DNA of 64,000 nucleotides from Phaeosaccion multiseriatum (Eukaryota; Protista; Ochrophyta, other classes): assembly GCA_965112735.1 (NCBI GenBank), contig OZ218953.1, positions 434,001 to 498,000 of the forward strand. The letters are read 5' to 3'. The notes below the pieces were generated by a model that was not told the origin of the DNA, ran no database searches, and was given only the letters and a program-made list of their open reading frames with translations. Numbering within the stretch: the stretch's first letter is position 1; the number at the start of each line of letters is the position of its first letter. The position numbers were made by a program, and so were the translations under genes. This document shows positions 1 to 16,794 of the stretch, in pieces.

Positions 1-203
1 GACACCAAGTTCGCTGTCCAGTCCCCACTCTGTCCTAACGCAGTCTTCTCTCCCTCCCTCACGTACGCCCCCATCCACCTGCCTGCCTGTCTGCCTGCCT
101 GCCTGCCTGCTTGCCTGCTCTTGGCTAACACCTGTATGTGTCTTGCCCTCATCTCTTATCCCCCCGATGTCCCGACTCTCGTCCCTCCTTCTTCGTCCCT
201 CAG

Positions 204-801
204 TGCTCATCAGCGAGGTGGCTGGGGAACTTGCCGACGCCATCCTCGTGGCCATTGCTGCGGGTACTTTCATCTATGTAGGGGCCACAGAGGTCATTGC
301 AGAAGAGTTCGAGCACCCAGAGAACAAGTGGAAGAAGTTCTTCGCCCTAGCAGGTGCGTGTCCTGTCCTTGCGGGTAACGGACGGCTGGGGGGGGGGGGG
401 GGGTGAGTGGCCTATGGGGTAGCTGACGGGTTGTGGGTGAGAGGAGGGGGAGGGAAGGAGGGTTGAGGGGGTGCTTACATGTGCGTGTTGGTTGTTTGCT
501 GTCTCACCCCCCCCGCCCCGCCCCGTCCCCGTCCGCTCCTCTCCCTCCCCTCTCTCAATCTCCCCCCCCCCCGTCGTTTTCTCTCTCTTCTTTCTCTCCG
601 TCCTCTCTTTCCCCCCCTCTCCCTCCCCCCCTCTCTCCTCTCTCTCTCCCCTCTCTCACTCCCCTCTCTCCCACCCTCTCTCTCCTCCCTCCCCCCCCCT
701 CTCCTTGCCCTTTGTTGTATGCTTGCATGCGTGCAGGAGGCATTGTGCTGATCGGTTACATCACCACGTGGGCCGAGGCCTTGGAGGGGCGGACCGGCTA
801 G
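204..801 (+). CDS. ZIP-family (SLC39) metal transporter, last two exons (5' part outside window)
   Basis: Exons 204-353 and 737-801 joined by a GT-AG intron give ...LVAIAAGTFIYVGATEVIAEEFEHPENKWKKFFALAGGIVLIGYITTWAEALEGRTG*. AAGTFxYV is the TM7 signature of ZIP transporters. Confidence 0.8.
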
Positions 802-1814
802 TGGAGGGTGGAGGGGTGGAGGGGGGGGAGGGTAAGGGTTGCGAGTGGAAGAGCCAAACAGCAGCGCAGATAGAGAGAGAGAGGGGGAGGGAGAGAGGGA
901 GGGAGGGAGGAAAAGCGGAGGGTGCCACCTTTTTTTTTAGTAGAGGGGCGCTCGTTATTTAAATATCGTCGCGTTCTTTGGGAAGGGAAAGGAGAAAGGA
1001 AGGGTCCCCGCCCGGTGCAGCGTCCGCTTGTGTCCGCCGCCTGGCCGCACAGAGGGCAGGGGGCAGGGGGCAGGGGGCGACATACCACAAGCCGGAGGTG
1101 GCAGCAGATAGACGTGAGAAGCAAGCCGAGACGATAGATAGACATTGCTTTCAATAGAAACACCCCCCCCCCCTCCTTCTACATATTTCCTTCCCTCCTC
1201 TTCCGGGCCCTCTTCCGCCCATTTTATGGTCAACCCCTGATGCACTTTCGCCCACATTCTCGATAGCGCATAGCCGATCGGCTGGCGCCGGCGATAGCGG
1301 ATAGCGGATAGTGCATCGGTTGCTATGGTCCAATCAATTTTTGATTTGAAATTGTATATTGATGACCTCCATCGATATCGATATCGATACGATGTATATC
1401 GATCACCGGCCGCCTCACAGGCTGGCGAGATGAATTCCAATTCCCCCAGGGGCCTCGCGACGACGCCTTATTTGGGGCGAGGTCCACGAAGTGTTCTGCT
1501 CGCTGCTCCAGGCCACTTCCTTTCCCCGTGCTGGTCAGCGCTCCTGCTGAGGTGTCGCAGTAGGAGGCGTGTGGAGGCGGGGGCGTGCTGCGCTCCCTCA
1601 GCGGCGAAAGAGGGAAGCAGTTGTTTGCGCAGTTTGAGTGACGAGGCGTAAAGCGAAGGGGGGAGAGTGGGAGCAAGTAGAGGGCATAGACATTTGGCAA
1701 GTGCTACTCATCAGAAGAAGCGGCGGCAACAGCAGGGGGGCTTGGGCTCTGCGGTCGAAAGCCACTCTTGGGGAGGGGCAGACGGCTTTGTTTGGAGAGT
1801 AGAAGGAACAAGAT

Positions 1815-5414
<3,600 letters not shown>

Positions 5415-6437
5415 GGATCGAGCGAGCGAGCGGGCGAGGGGAGGAGAAGGGAAGGGAAGGGAAGGGAAGGGATATTTGAATGACCCGCAGCACGGTCCCA
5501 CCTTGTTTCGTTGACTTAATTTTGGTGGCGGGAGGAAAGCTTGCTTGGAGCAGCCGCGTTGGCCTTGCGGCGAGAGCTCGGCAGGAAAGGAGCAACGAGG
5601 GTAGGAGGAGGAGGAGGAGGAGGAGGAGGAGGAGGAGGAGGAGGGTGTACAAGCGTTGACTTGGATGAGCGAGGGAAGGAGGAGGAAGATGTAGAGCGAC
5701 ACGATGGCGATGATGCTCGGAAGCGACTTCCTGCTGTCCGAGCGGCAGTGTCTTGAGCACGGGGAGGGCAGAGGCGTATAGGCCCAGAGCAGACAAGAGA
5801 GGGAGGAGCGCGAGAAGGATCGGTACTCTTCTCTTTCGCCTCAAAGTCGCGAAGCAGGCAGGGCCCAGGAGTACTTGGAGCACTTGGGTAACGGGGAGGG
5901 AGGAGGGACCCAAGCTCGCTAGGAAACTCCAGCCATCTACGCGAAACTCAAACCATCTAGGCGAGACTCAAGGCATTTAGTCGAAGCCACGCTCGCCGAG
6001 TGGGAATGCGGTGGGTGGGGCCCTGGGAGCCCTGCAGTGAGGCCTGACAGTCTGAGGGGATCTGTTTCCCCCGTCCTCGCCCCGACCTTGCCTTGCGGAG
6101 AGGGGCCATGAGGTATATGAGGGCATGAAAAGATCATGTTATGTACAGTTTCAACAGTTTCTTATTTATTTGTTGACTTTTCTTAATGCCGCGCGCACGC
6201 ACTCGCGGGAGTCTCCTCTCGACGAGTGGGCTTTACATACATAAGGGATGACAAGGAAAGTCGGACTGCGTGTAGTTCGGCATTTGCGCTACCATGCAAT
6301 AGACTATATATGTATACTTCGATGCTCTCTCGAGCCGTCATCGTCATCATCATCGTCATCATCACCGGCTCAGTCAGTCACTAAGTCACTCACTCGCTCA
6401 CTTACTCACTTAGTCAGTCGGTCAACCAGTCAGTCAC

Positions 6438-9400
6438 TCACTCCGCTGTGCGTATCTCTCGGGTGAAGAACACGCCAAAGGGCACCTCCCACGACACCTC
6501 GCCTGTGGTCTTGTCTTCGAAGAAAACCTCTCCTGTGGCCTCATCCCTGAACTTGTTGTACCTCTTGCTTGCTTCGAGGGTCTGCGCCAAGCGGGACTGC
6601 TGCCCACGGAACACGGCCTTCATGGCGGCGTGCGAGGAGGAAGGAAGGAAGGAAGGGGGGAGGGGGGGAGGAAGGAAGGAAGGAAGGAAGGGAGGGAGGG
6701 AGGGAGGGAGGGAGGGAGGAAGGAAGGAAGCAGGCAAGCAAGGAAGGAAGGAAGGAAGGAAGGGAGGAAAGGAGGAAGGAAGGAGCGGGGGGGAGGGGGG
6801 GGGATGAAACGGGGCATGGGAGAGGACATACTTTGCGAGAGACTTCAGTGCAGTCCATAATTCTCTCTCCTTCTGCCTTTCTTCCCCTCTTCTCTCTCCC
6901 CCCTCCCCCTCTCTCTTTCTCACTCGCTCCCTCTCTCTCTCCCCCTCTCTCTCACACACACCCACACACACCCACACACCCACCCACACGCACACACACA
7001 CACAAGCCCACACCTGCGAACACACGCACAAGCCCACACCGACCCACCTGAACTTTAATGGCGGCTTGCTCCAATGTCACTTTCTTCCTCCCCATCCGAG
7101 GGCACCGCCCGTAGAAGAACGGCTTCTCCCACTGAGGCCACAGAAGGGAGGTACGTGGGTGTGTGTGTGTTTGTGCGTGTGTGAGTGTGTGTGTGAGAGA
7201 GAGTGTGAGTGTGTGAATGTGAGTGTGTGTGTGTGAGAGAGAGTGCGAGTGTGTGAATGTGAGTGTGTGTGTGTATGAGAGTGCGTGAATGTGAGTGTTT
7301 GCGTGCGTGCGAACGTGTGTGTGTGTGTGTTTGTGTGCGTTGTATGTGTGTTTGTGATCACAACTGATGACTGACGTACCTGCGTGGAGTGTGTCTCCGA
7401 GTCCCAATAGTACGTCAGCCCCTGTCTGTCCATAAGACACTCGAAACGCTTATTGACATATCGGATGAGCCGCCGCCGGTCAAGCGCCCCTCGGACCATC
7501 GCCTGAGCCGCTGTAACCGCCATAACCGCCGCTGGCGTCATCAGATGAGGCTCTAGCTCTAGCTCCAGGGGGGCAGGCAGGGGGATGACAGGGGATGGCT
7601 GTGCTGCTTCTGGCCTGTAAGTGGCCGCGCCACGTGCTGTATCGTCCAGTGGCTGTCGGTGTGGGTCCTGTTCCTCCTCCTCCTCCTCCTCCTCCTCCTT
7701 CTCCTCCTCCTTCTCTTCGTCCCCTTCCTTCTCCTCCTCCTCCTCCTCCTCCTCCTCCTCCTCCTCCTCCTCCTCCTCCTCCTCCTCCTCCTTCTCTTCT
7801 TCACCTTTCTTCTCCTCCTCCTCCTCCTCCTCCTCCTCTTGCCCCGCATCACGCTTCCCCTCTCCTTCCTCCACTTGTGCCTCGAGCTGCGACACAAGTC
7901 GATCCTCTTGGTCCTCCCCCACCCCACCGTCCACTGCCGTCCCCACCCCGCCTTGCCGCTCCTCTTGCCCCAACACCCGTACCCCTATACCCCCTTCTGT
8001 CCGTGCTGCCCACTGCTCTACCTCTAGTTCGTCTCCCCTCCCGCCCCCCGCTGTCTGCCGAGAAGGAGCGAGGCCGTTCCGACGCTGGTGCAGCACTCGG
8101 AGGCGTTGCTTGAGCAGTTGGTGCTCCATGTATTGGCGGAGGCCCGGGGGGGGGGAGAGGTGCATCTTCCCGGTGTGGACGTCTCTATAGCCCCGCTTGT
8201 CCGGCGACGACGGGTGCCGTACCTTGAAGAGAGAGAGATATAAGGGGGGCGGAGAGAGGGATGGAGAGAAAGAGGGAAGAGAGGGAGAGAAAAGGAGGGA
8301 CCCACAGAGAGAGAACGAGGGCGAGAGAGAGGTCACAGCCGGCAGGGGGTTACGATTGACATTACCCACCCCCACCCAACCACCCACCCCACCCACCCAC
8401 CATACCCATCCACCCACCCACCCATCCATCCACACACCCACCCACCCACCCACTCACCTGCTCGAATCTGGCCTGGTTCATCCCCATATACTTGAGCCTG
8501 GCCACGAAGTGCCTTCCTGCTCTCTGCAGCACCCCAACTGCACGATCCTCCTCTGCCACATCCCTCCCCACCCGCACCGAAATGGTCAAGCTCCACGACA
8601 GAATCTGCTGCGCGGCCTGCAGAAACCGCCCCACCTTGCCGATTCGGTCACGCAGCCTCGCCTCCTCCCCCTCCCGTATCGCCAACTCCTGCTGCAACTG
8701 GTGCCTCCTCCCCCTCCCTCTCTGCCCCTTCCCCCTTCCCTTCCCCTCCCCCTCCCCCTCACCATCCATGCTCGTCAGCTCCCCTAGCATCACCTCCATC
8801 TCCAACAGCCGCTCGCTGCCCATGGTCACCGCCGTCTGCGCCGCTCTCCCTGTCCCCTTGGCCAGAGCCAGCACCTCCCTACAAGGGGGGTTGCGAGACT
8901 TGGTCAGAGCCGTTACCTCGTTGAGACGGCGACGAGCGGCAGTTACACAAGCCTTTACTTCCATCAGCTTGTGCAGAGAGCGCCGCTGCAAGGAGGTGGA
9001 GGAGGGTATGGGGGAGGAGGGGGAGGAGGAGCCTTGTTGCTCCATTGCTGCTTCTCGGAGGAGCCTCAGCATCTCGTGCTCTTCCTCCTCCTCGTCCTCC
9101 CCCTCCTCCTCCTTCTCCTCTTCCTTGCTCTGTTCCCGAAGCCCACCCTCCTCCTCTCCCTCTTCTCTTTCCTCCTGCCCCTCCGCCTTCTCCTCTACCA
9201 CCTCCTCCTCCCCCTCCTCCTCCTCCTCCTCCGCGGCCGCGGCCTGCCACTCGTCCCGATCATCTGTACCTCCTCCCTTCTCCCTGGTCTCTACACGTGG
9301 TGCCATCCCGCCCTCCATGCCTCTCCAGAAAGCACCTCCAAAGCCTCCTCCTCCTCCTCCTCCTCCTCCTCCTCCTCCTCCTCCTCCTCGTTGCTGGCCT

Positions 9401-10779
9401 GGCATGCCTCCCTCCTCACCTGTATCACCACCACCCCCACCCCCACCACCACCACCCGCGCCCCCCGCACCTCTACCCCAAAACCAGCCCGTCTGTGGCG
9501 CCTGCTTGAACCCCCGCTGGAAGCTCACGGACGAAAGGTGCACCCTTCCGAGCCCGTTCCCCCCGGCCTCTCCACCCTCTGCACCCTCCGCACTAGCCCG
9601 GGTCGAATCAGTCGCCCCTCCTATTTCTGTAACGTTCCCTCTGCCTATGCCGATGTTGGCGCCTCGCTTGTGGCAGGTGGAGGGAGTGTTGGAGAGCAGT
9701 TTCAATTTCACTGTCGCAGGCCTGGCTGACTCCGACCCTGTTCTTGTCTCCTGCTCCTGCTCCTGTTCCTCATCCTCTTCCCTCCTCCCCTCCTCCTCCT
9801 GCTGCTGCTGCTCCTCGTCCTTCACCATCTCTGCTGCACCAAGATTCCCCTCGTGCTCTTGTCGCCGCCGCGTCACTTCCTGATGCTGCTGCTGGCGCTG
9901 CTGCTGCCGGCGCTGCTGCTGATGCTGCTGAGAGGTGTGCTGGAGCTGCTGGGTAAGCTTGGCCTCCATCTTACCCATACTTACCGCCTTGCTAAGGTAG
10001 TAAGTCCCGGTGGGAATCCGGGACTCCTCCCCCCCAGGCCGCTGCCGCACCAACTGCTGCTCAGCCAAGTCGATGCCCCTTACGCTGGAAAGGTAGGAGG
10101 TGGACGGGCCACAGCGCGCGCCGTCCTTCCCACCCCGTGGGCGGTCACTCGTCAGCCATTGCTGTCGCTCCTCGCTCTCGCGTTGTCTCCGGCTTCTTTC
10201 TCTCCTCTCTTGTTCGTGCTGCTGTTGTCTGCGCTGGTGGCCTTGCATGGAAATACGGGGGAACACGCGGCTGCTGTTGCTCTTGATTTCCCCACCACCG
10301 CAGGCTGAAGCTTCAGCGAACATGGCGGGGAACACCTCGACGCCAACGTCCAGTGCCCCTCCTCCTTCAAGGCCGTCATTGGCGTCCTGCTCCAGCATGT
10401 CGTTGTACGCTCCCTCGAGCACCACGGCATTCCTGGCCTCGAGTGTGACTAACATGCGCTCCTGCTCCAGGGAGCGTTGCTTCCAGCAGGCGAGCCTGGC
10501 ATTCAACGTCCCTTGCATCTGCTCCGCCTGGCTGAGTCGCCTCTCTTCGCCAGCCTGCGTGTCTCCATACTCCTCAGTGCTACGGCTCCTCCTCAAGTTC
10601 CTCGCCTTCCTCTGTGCGCGGCCCGGCGCCTGCACGGGCTTAGCGTAGACGGACCAGGTCTCGCTCCTGATAGCACAGACGCCGTCTCCTCCTCCTCGCA
10701 CCATGATGGTAATCATGTAATGTTTTTTCTTACAGTTTCGAGGCCCGGCCGGCCGGGGATTTGTTGACTTATAGAACAT
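6438..10779 (-). CDS. Low-complexity/coiled-coil protein with three IQ-like + WW-like modules
   Basis: Exons 10779-8458, 8222-7380, 7131-7048, 6617-6438 splice in frame. IQ-like LQRAGRHFVAR, AQAMVRGALDR, VQAVFRGQQSR are each followed by a WW-like unit (e.g. GLTYYWDSETHSTQWEKP; GEVFFEDKTTGEVSWEVP). Confidence 0.7.
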
Positions 10780-11072
10780 GTCACATTTCTTCTTGTTCTT
10801 TCGGCCGATCCTTTTAATCTTTATTAATCTGAATGATGTGTTGTAAACATTTTAGTTAAAAAATCAACTATTCAAGCTATTCATCTACGTTACTAACTCC
10901 AAACTCCGTCCTCCTTCTTTTATGCCATTGCCCCTGTCTGTCCCCCATCGCCACACTCCCGCGGGGACACCCCCCCCCCCCCCCCCCCCCTCCCCTCTGT
11001 ATACCCCTCTCTCCATACTCCTCTTGAGAGAGTCTCCGCCAGCGAACGAGGCAAAGAGTTTCTTGCAACACA

Positions 11073-11175
11073 CCACTTGGAGGCACAAAGGGTTCCCTTT
11101 TGAGGGACCACTTGGAGACACAAAGGGTGCCCCTTCAGGGACCACTTGGAGACAGAAAGGGTGCCCCTTCAAAGG
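11073..11175. repeat. Three ~34-bp tandem repeats between the IQ/WW gene and the myosin gene
   Basis: ccacttggagacacaaagggtgccccttcaggga-like unit x3. Confidence 0.8.
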
Positions 11176-11504
11176 CCCAACGAGGCGCTGTCTTCCCTTC
11201 CTTCCCATACGCCTTGCACCAACTCCGTCATTCCGATACATCCACCCACTTCGCTCCTTCGCCTCTCCGCCCCTTGCACCACCCCGTCACGGCGCCCCTG
11301 CTGCTGTACCACCAACTGCCGCTGCTGCTGAATCACACATATCACCAACTGCCGCTGTTATATAACCCTCATTGGGGCCGACTCGAGCTGAACTGAACAG
11401 AACTGAACAGAGCTCAACCGAAGCGGGCATGCCTGCAAATGGCAATTGCATCCCCGATCCGTCGGCCGAAGCGCCCGTTGGCGCCGTAGCACCAACTGCT
11501 CTAT

Positions 11505-11814
11505 CTACTCCATGCCTTTGGCCTCGAGCAGACGCATGCACGTCTCGAGGTTGGCGACAAGGTCTGTGGGTGCGGCAGCTCCATCTCCCCCTGCCGCCTC
11601 TTGAGACTCCTTAGCCTCCGCCAGCCTGAGAGGGCCGCAAGCAGAGGAGGAGGAGGAGGAGGAGGAGGAGGAGGAGGCAAGAGGTAGACAAAGGGAGGGA
11701 TGACTTTCGGCGACAGTGGGCGGGGACTCACTGACCGGCACAAAGAAAAACGCCCAATAAGACGGACAGCAGGCTTTTCGACCGATCCATCCGCGAGACC
11801 CCGTCCGCCAGCGC

Positions 11815-11861
<47 letters not shown>

Positions 11862-13265
11862 CCTTCATACCTCGTGATGACCGCATCCATCGGCGTCCTT
11901 CCTCTCCCGTTTGTGCACAGCAGAGACGCTCCTCCCGCCAGCAAGATCCCCACCCCCGCCACGTCTCCTCCACGCGCTGTGTGTGCAGATGGCAGTGGAT
12001 GGGTCAGGAAAGAAGAGGTGGTGGTCAATAGTCAAAAGGGATGATGGGTTCATATGGTAGGGCATGGCAGGGGCAGAGGGGCACTTAGCACGGGAGGCAG
12101 GGAAGACAGGAAGGGAGAGAAGGAGGTAGGCAGGGAGGGAGGGAGGCAGGGAGACCGCTTCAAATTGCACTACCCTGCCGCAAGAGAGAGAGAGAGAGAG
12201 TCATTCATCCGTCACAGACACAGACCACACGAAATGCTTAAGTAAGCAAGCACGTAAGATTGCGTAACGCACCCGCCACGTGCAGCGCAGTGTCGCCCTT
12301 GTACGGCTCCGTCATGTCAATATCCGCCCCTGCCACAAGCAGTGTGGCCACGATGGACATGCGATCGTCCTCCCCATCCACGTTGACGCCATCTGAAGCG
12401 CCTGACACGCTCATGGTGCCGCTGGTGCCTCGGCTGTGGCCTGCCCCTGTCGAGCGGGAGGAGCCACGCCTCGCTGATGTGGAGGAGGAGGCGGGCACAG
12501 TGATGGCGGTCAGCAGAGGGGACTTGCCGCCGCCCGTCAGCTTGTTGACATCCGCGCCGCTGTTGGGGGGGGTGGACGAGAGGGGTAGGGGAAGGGAGGA
12601 AGGGGGTCAGGGAGGGAGGGAGAGAGGGGAGGAGACAGAAAAGGGAAGGGAGACAGACGAGGGAGAGGGACAACGAAGAAAAGGACCAACAGAGAGACAC
12701 AACAGACAGACAGACAGACAGACAACAGACAGACAGACAGGGACGACAAGCTCTGCGTGCCAGTGAGCGGTAGTTTCCCCTCCCTTGTGATCGGTGGCTT
12801 TCGACACATCCTCACTCACAGCCCAACTCACAGCCTCACACTCACCGCTTCACCAGCATTCGCACAATGGTCGCTGCTTGGCTCGTAATGGCGCTCTGTA
12901 TTGTACAGGGGGACGGACATACAGAAGAAGAGAGAGCGCACGATCGAGCGAGAGGGAGAGAGAGAGAAAGGACAGATGGACGGAGAGAGCGAGCGATCGA
13001 GCGAGAGAGTGAGGGAGGGAGGATGGTATACATGGGGGCTGAGTGCCAGCGACAGAAACAGACAAAAAAGAGAGAGAGACGGAGAGGCCGACAGAGACAG
13101 ATATAGGGACCAGAGACAGGCCAGAGCGAGAGACAAAGACCCGTCCAGTGACGTCACGTGACCAGACATGTAATGCCAGCGCAGGACAGACCATCCCACC
13201 TAAACAAGCCCGAGACAGATCGAGAGAGAGAGCGAGCGAGACCCAGAGCCCCTGACAAAGGCAGC

Positions 13266-13298
<33 letters not shown>

Positions 13299-16200
13299 AC
13301 GTGTAGAGGGGTGAACCACATGGTCGGGTCCCCGTCGTCCTGGTTGGGGTCGGCGCCGCAGTCCAGCAAGGCGTGCACCACGTCCTCGGCGAGAGAGATT
13401 CCCATCACCTCGCAGTACGCACACACGTAGTTCAGGGGGGTGGTGAGGGGGGAGGGCAGCGCCCACTCTCCGTCGTTGTCGGCCATTGCCTAAGGGAGGT
13501 GAGGGTGTGGTGTGTGGTGTGGTCCACAGGGGGGAGGGGAGAGGCGGGCATGTGGACAGACAGGCAGATAGGCAGGCAGACAGGCCGGCAGACAGACAGG
13601 AAAGCAGAGAGGCGTCCAGAGGGGGAGGGGGGGGGGGGAGGTGAGAAGTGAAAAACGTCCTGGTGCTGAGGTAGGTGATTGTGACCGGTGATGCCAAAGG
13701 AAAGCGATTGTTGCTTTTGGATTGGAGCCTTCATGGGACAGACCAAAACGACCACAAGCCAGGGAAGCAAAAACCCCTCTCTCTTGATGCCTCTGCCTCT
13801 CCTCTTGAGTGTCTCTCTCACGGGCCCGCTTGAGCCACTGCCTCGCTTGAGTGCTCACTGTTGTGCTTCACAACGCTTACCTTACTCCAGGCGTTGTTGA
13901 ACTTCTTGTCCCAAAGCACATCCACGTTGCCCACGCGCTTATAGAAGCGGCGGATGGACTTGATGCGGCCCTTGTAGCAGGCCAGGAACAGCTGTGAGAG
14001 GGTTAAGAAGGGTAGAGCGTGATACGAGTGGGGCGGTGAGGCGGTGGAGAAGGCAGGGCGGGTGGGTGAGGGGCGGAGCAAGACAAACAGAGCGAGAGGG
14101 GCAGAGACATCCACATACACGTAAGAAAGAGAGAACAGACGAGAGGGAGTGGAGCAGGACAGGCATGCAAGCATCCAAACGCGGAGTCTCTCAATCCTGC
14201 CCTCATTGCCCACCCCCCCCCCTTCCCCCTCCCTCGTGCGCCCAATGCCATGATGAATGCGGCCCCGTTCTGACACCCCTGTGCATGTCCTGACACCCCT
14301 GATTGAGTCTGAGTCCCCACCTGTGCCGGGCTCATGAGCTCCATCATTTTGCTCTTCGTGTCGAAGTCCAGAGGAACCTTCTCGGACAGGTCTACCTTCT
14401 CGCGCCACAACTCCAGGCTAGGCAGCTGGAGCAGTTGGTGGTACAGAAGCAGCAGGCACGTGGATGGCAATGGATGGTGTGGCATGGGATGAGGAGAGAG
14501 GCGGAGCAAGACATTGGTCAAAGGTCAAAGCTCATCGAATTCTTCTACAACCAAGACCCCCTGCGCACATACACCACACACACACACGGGGACACGGAAG
14601 TAGACAACCACGACCACGGAATGAATGACACGGACTGACCTGCTTGAGTACCGTGTCCTTCTCAAGCCCGTCCTCCCCTGCCTCTGTCCGCTTGACGTAG
14701 CAGATCTTGCCGTCCTCGGAGATGAAGGAGGTGTAGCCTGCCCGCAGAGAGAGCTCCACATACTCGATTGCGATCCACCACTGGTGCCGGTAGTCTGAAG
14801 AGAGGGGGGAGGGCACGAGGAGGAGGAGGAGGAGGGAGGCGAAAGAGGGACGAACGTGTTGTTGCATGACGGGGCATCAGAGAAAGCGGCCAGGATCGAG
14901 TGAGTGAGTGGAGTGAGTAAGACATCGATTGGCACACACCCCCTCCTCCTCTCTCTCCTCTTCTTCCCTCCCCCCCCCCCTCTTCCTCACCGGGATGGTT
15001 GATGTTGAGATCCGAAGCCGCCTTGGCGATATGCCTGGAGATGGGCCACAGCAGGGGGCAAAGCGGACACGGCTCCTCCACAGAGGCATTGCATTGCGTG
15101 GTGCGTTGGAAGTGTAACTGACACTTGGCCAGCGCCCCAACAGGCTTGAGCATGGGGCCGGGGTAAGGGGCCGAGTCGGGGGGAGGAGGGGGGGTGCCGT
15201 TGAAGCTCTCGATGATAAGGTTGATCTCCACTGCCCAAAGCATTGTCATACGGGGGTCGAGGGCGCCGAAGTCGTAGGTACGAGAGGGTCCGTGTAGACT
15301 GATTGATCCAAAGCAACACGACATCGACAACGTGCAAAAGTCGTTGGTAGAGAGAGAGGGGCGGGGGGGGGGGGGGGGAGGTGAGCACATTGGTGGGGGT
15401 GGAGAGGGAAAGGATGTGGTTTTCAAGGGCAGGGGGGAAGGGACGGAGGTCTCGAGGTTGATAGGCAAACGCTTCTGCCCCCCCCCCCTCCACCATCCAG
15501 GCCTCGCTCCAAGTCGCTCCACTTGACTCAACACTGGCTCTACCAGGCTCCCAACTGGCACCAACTCACCTAAAGTAGTACCACTCGGACGGCAGCCTGG
15601 ACCAATAGGGGGCCTTCTCCCACTCCTTCAGCAGCGTCTTGCTCTCCAGGCCCACGGTGAGGTGTGTGATGGTACTGAGCTCGAGCAAGCTCACATCTCC
15701 CTCTCCTGGTTGGCCGCCCTTCTTCATCTTGTCGTTCTCCTTCATCCAGTACAGCTGCGTCTTGGAGCGGGATAGTTGCACGTACTTCCAGGCCGTCTTC
15801 TTCTTGGCGATTCTGTAACGGGCGATGGCAGTGGATGGGTGGTGGCAGGGAATGGCCTACCAACATGAGAAACAATCAAGCCCTATTGAGAGACGCGAAG
15901 CGCCCCTCCACGAATCCCCCCTCCCCCTCCCTTCAAGCCCCCCCTCCTTGTGGCTGACTGACTCACTGACTCACTCACTGACTGACTGTCTGACTGACTG
16001 ACTGACTGACTCACTGACCTCCCGTGTGTGATCTTGAGCAGCTGCACCCCCGTGTGCAGCACGGAGAGGCGCTGGGCGTTGTTCATCTTCAGCAGAGTGT
16101 TGATCTTCAGAGGCACGTTGGTCTGGCGATGGCAACCGATGGGGAGAGGGGGACGGGGGGGCAGACGGAGCGAGAGAGAAACAGAGGTAAGAGAGAGCGA

Positions 16201-16746
16201 GGGACAAGAGACAAGAGAGAGAGGAACAGAGATAAGAGAGAGATTCCTTACCTTGTACATGGGAATAAAGTCGAAGAGGCCCACATCCGCGTCATCCATG
16301 GGGTTGAATGCGTCGGGCAGAGGGTCGTTGAGCTCGGCCATGATGCGCTGGAGGTATTCGGTTTGCGTCTCGGAGCGGCCCGGACCCTAGCAGGAGGGTG
16401 TGGGGGGGGGGGGGAAGAGAAGGGGGGAGGAGGGGGGAGGAGGTGAGGGATGGAAGGAAGGGAGGGAGGCAAGCTTGAGGGCACTGAGAACACACGAGCG
16501 AGAGACCGAGTCAGAGGGGGGGGGGGGGCTGCATTTCTCCCCTCGCTTGGTTCGAACATTCCCGTCGTGAAACCCCCGCCCGTCCTGTCCTGACACCCTC
16601 CACTCACCCCTGCGGCGTTCTCGGCCTGCGCCTTCTGTCTAATGTCATCCGGCGTGATGCGCTCCTGACCAAGCAGAGTCATACAGGCACACGGACAGAG
16701 ATGAGTGCGAGCGAGCGAGCGAGCGACAGAGAAGGAGGAGGGGTAA

Positions 16747-16794
<48 letters not shown>

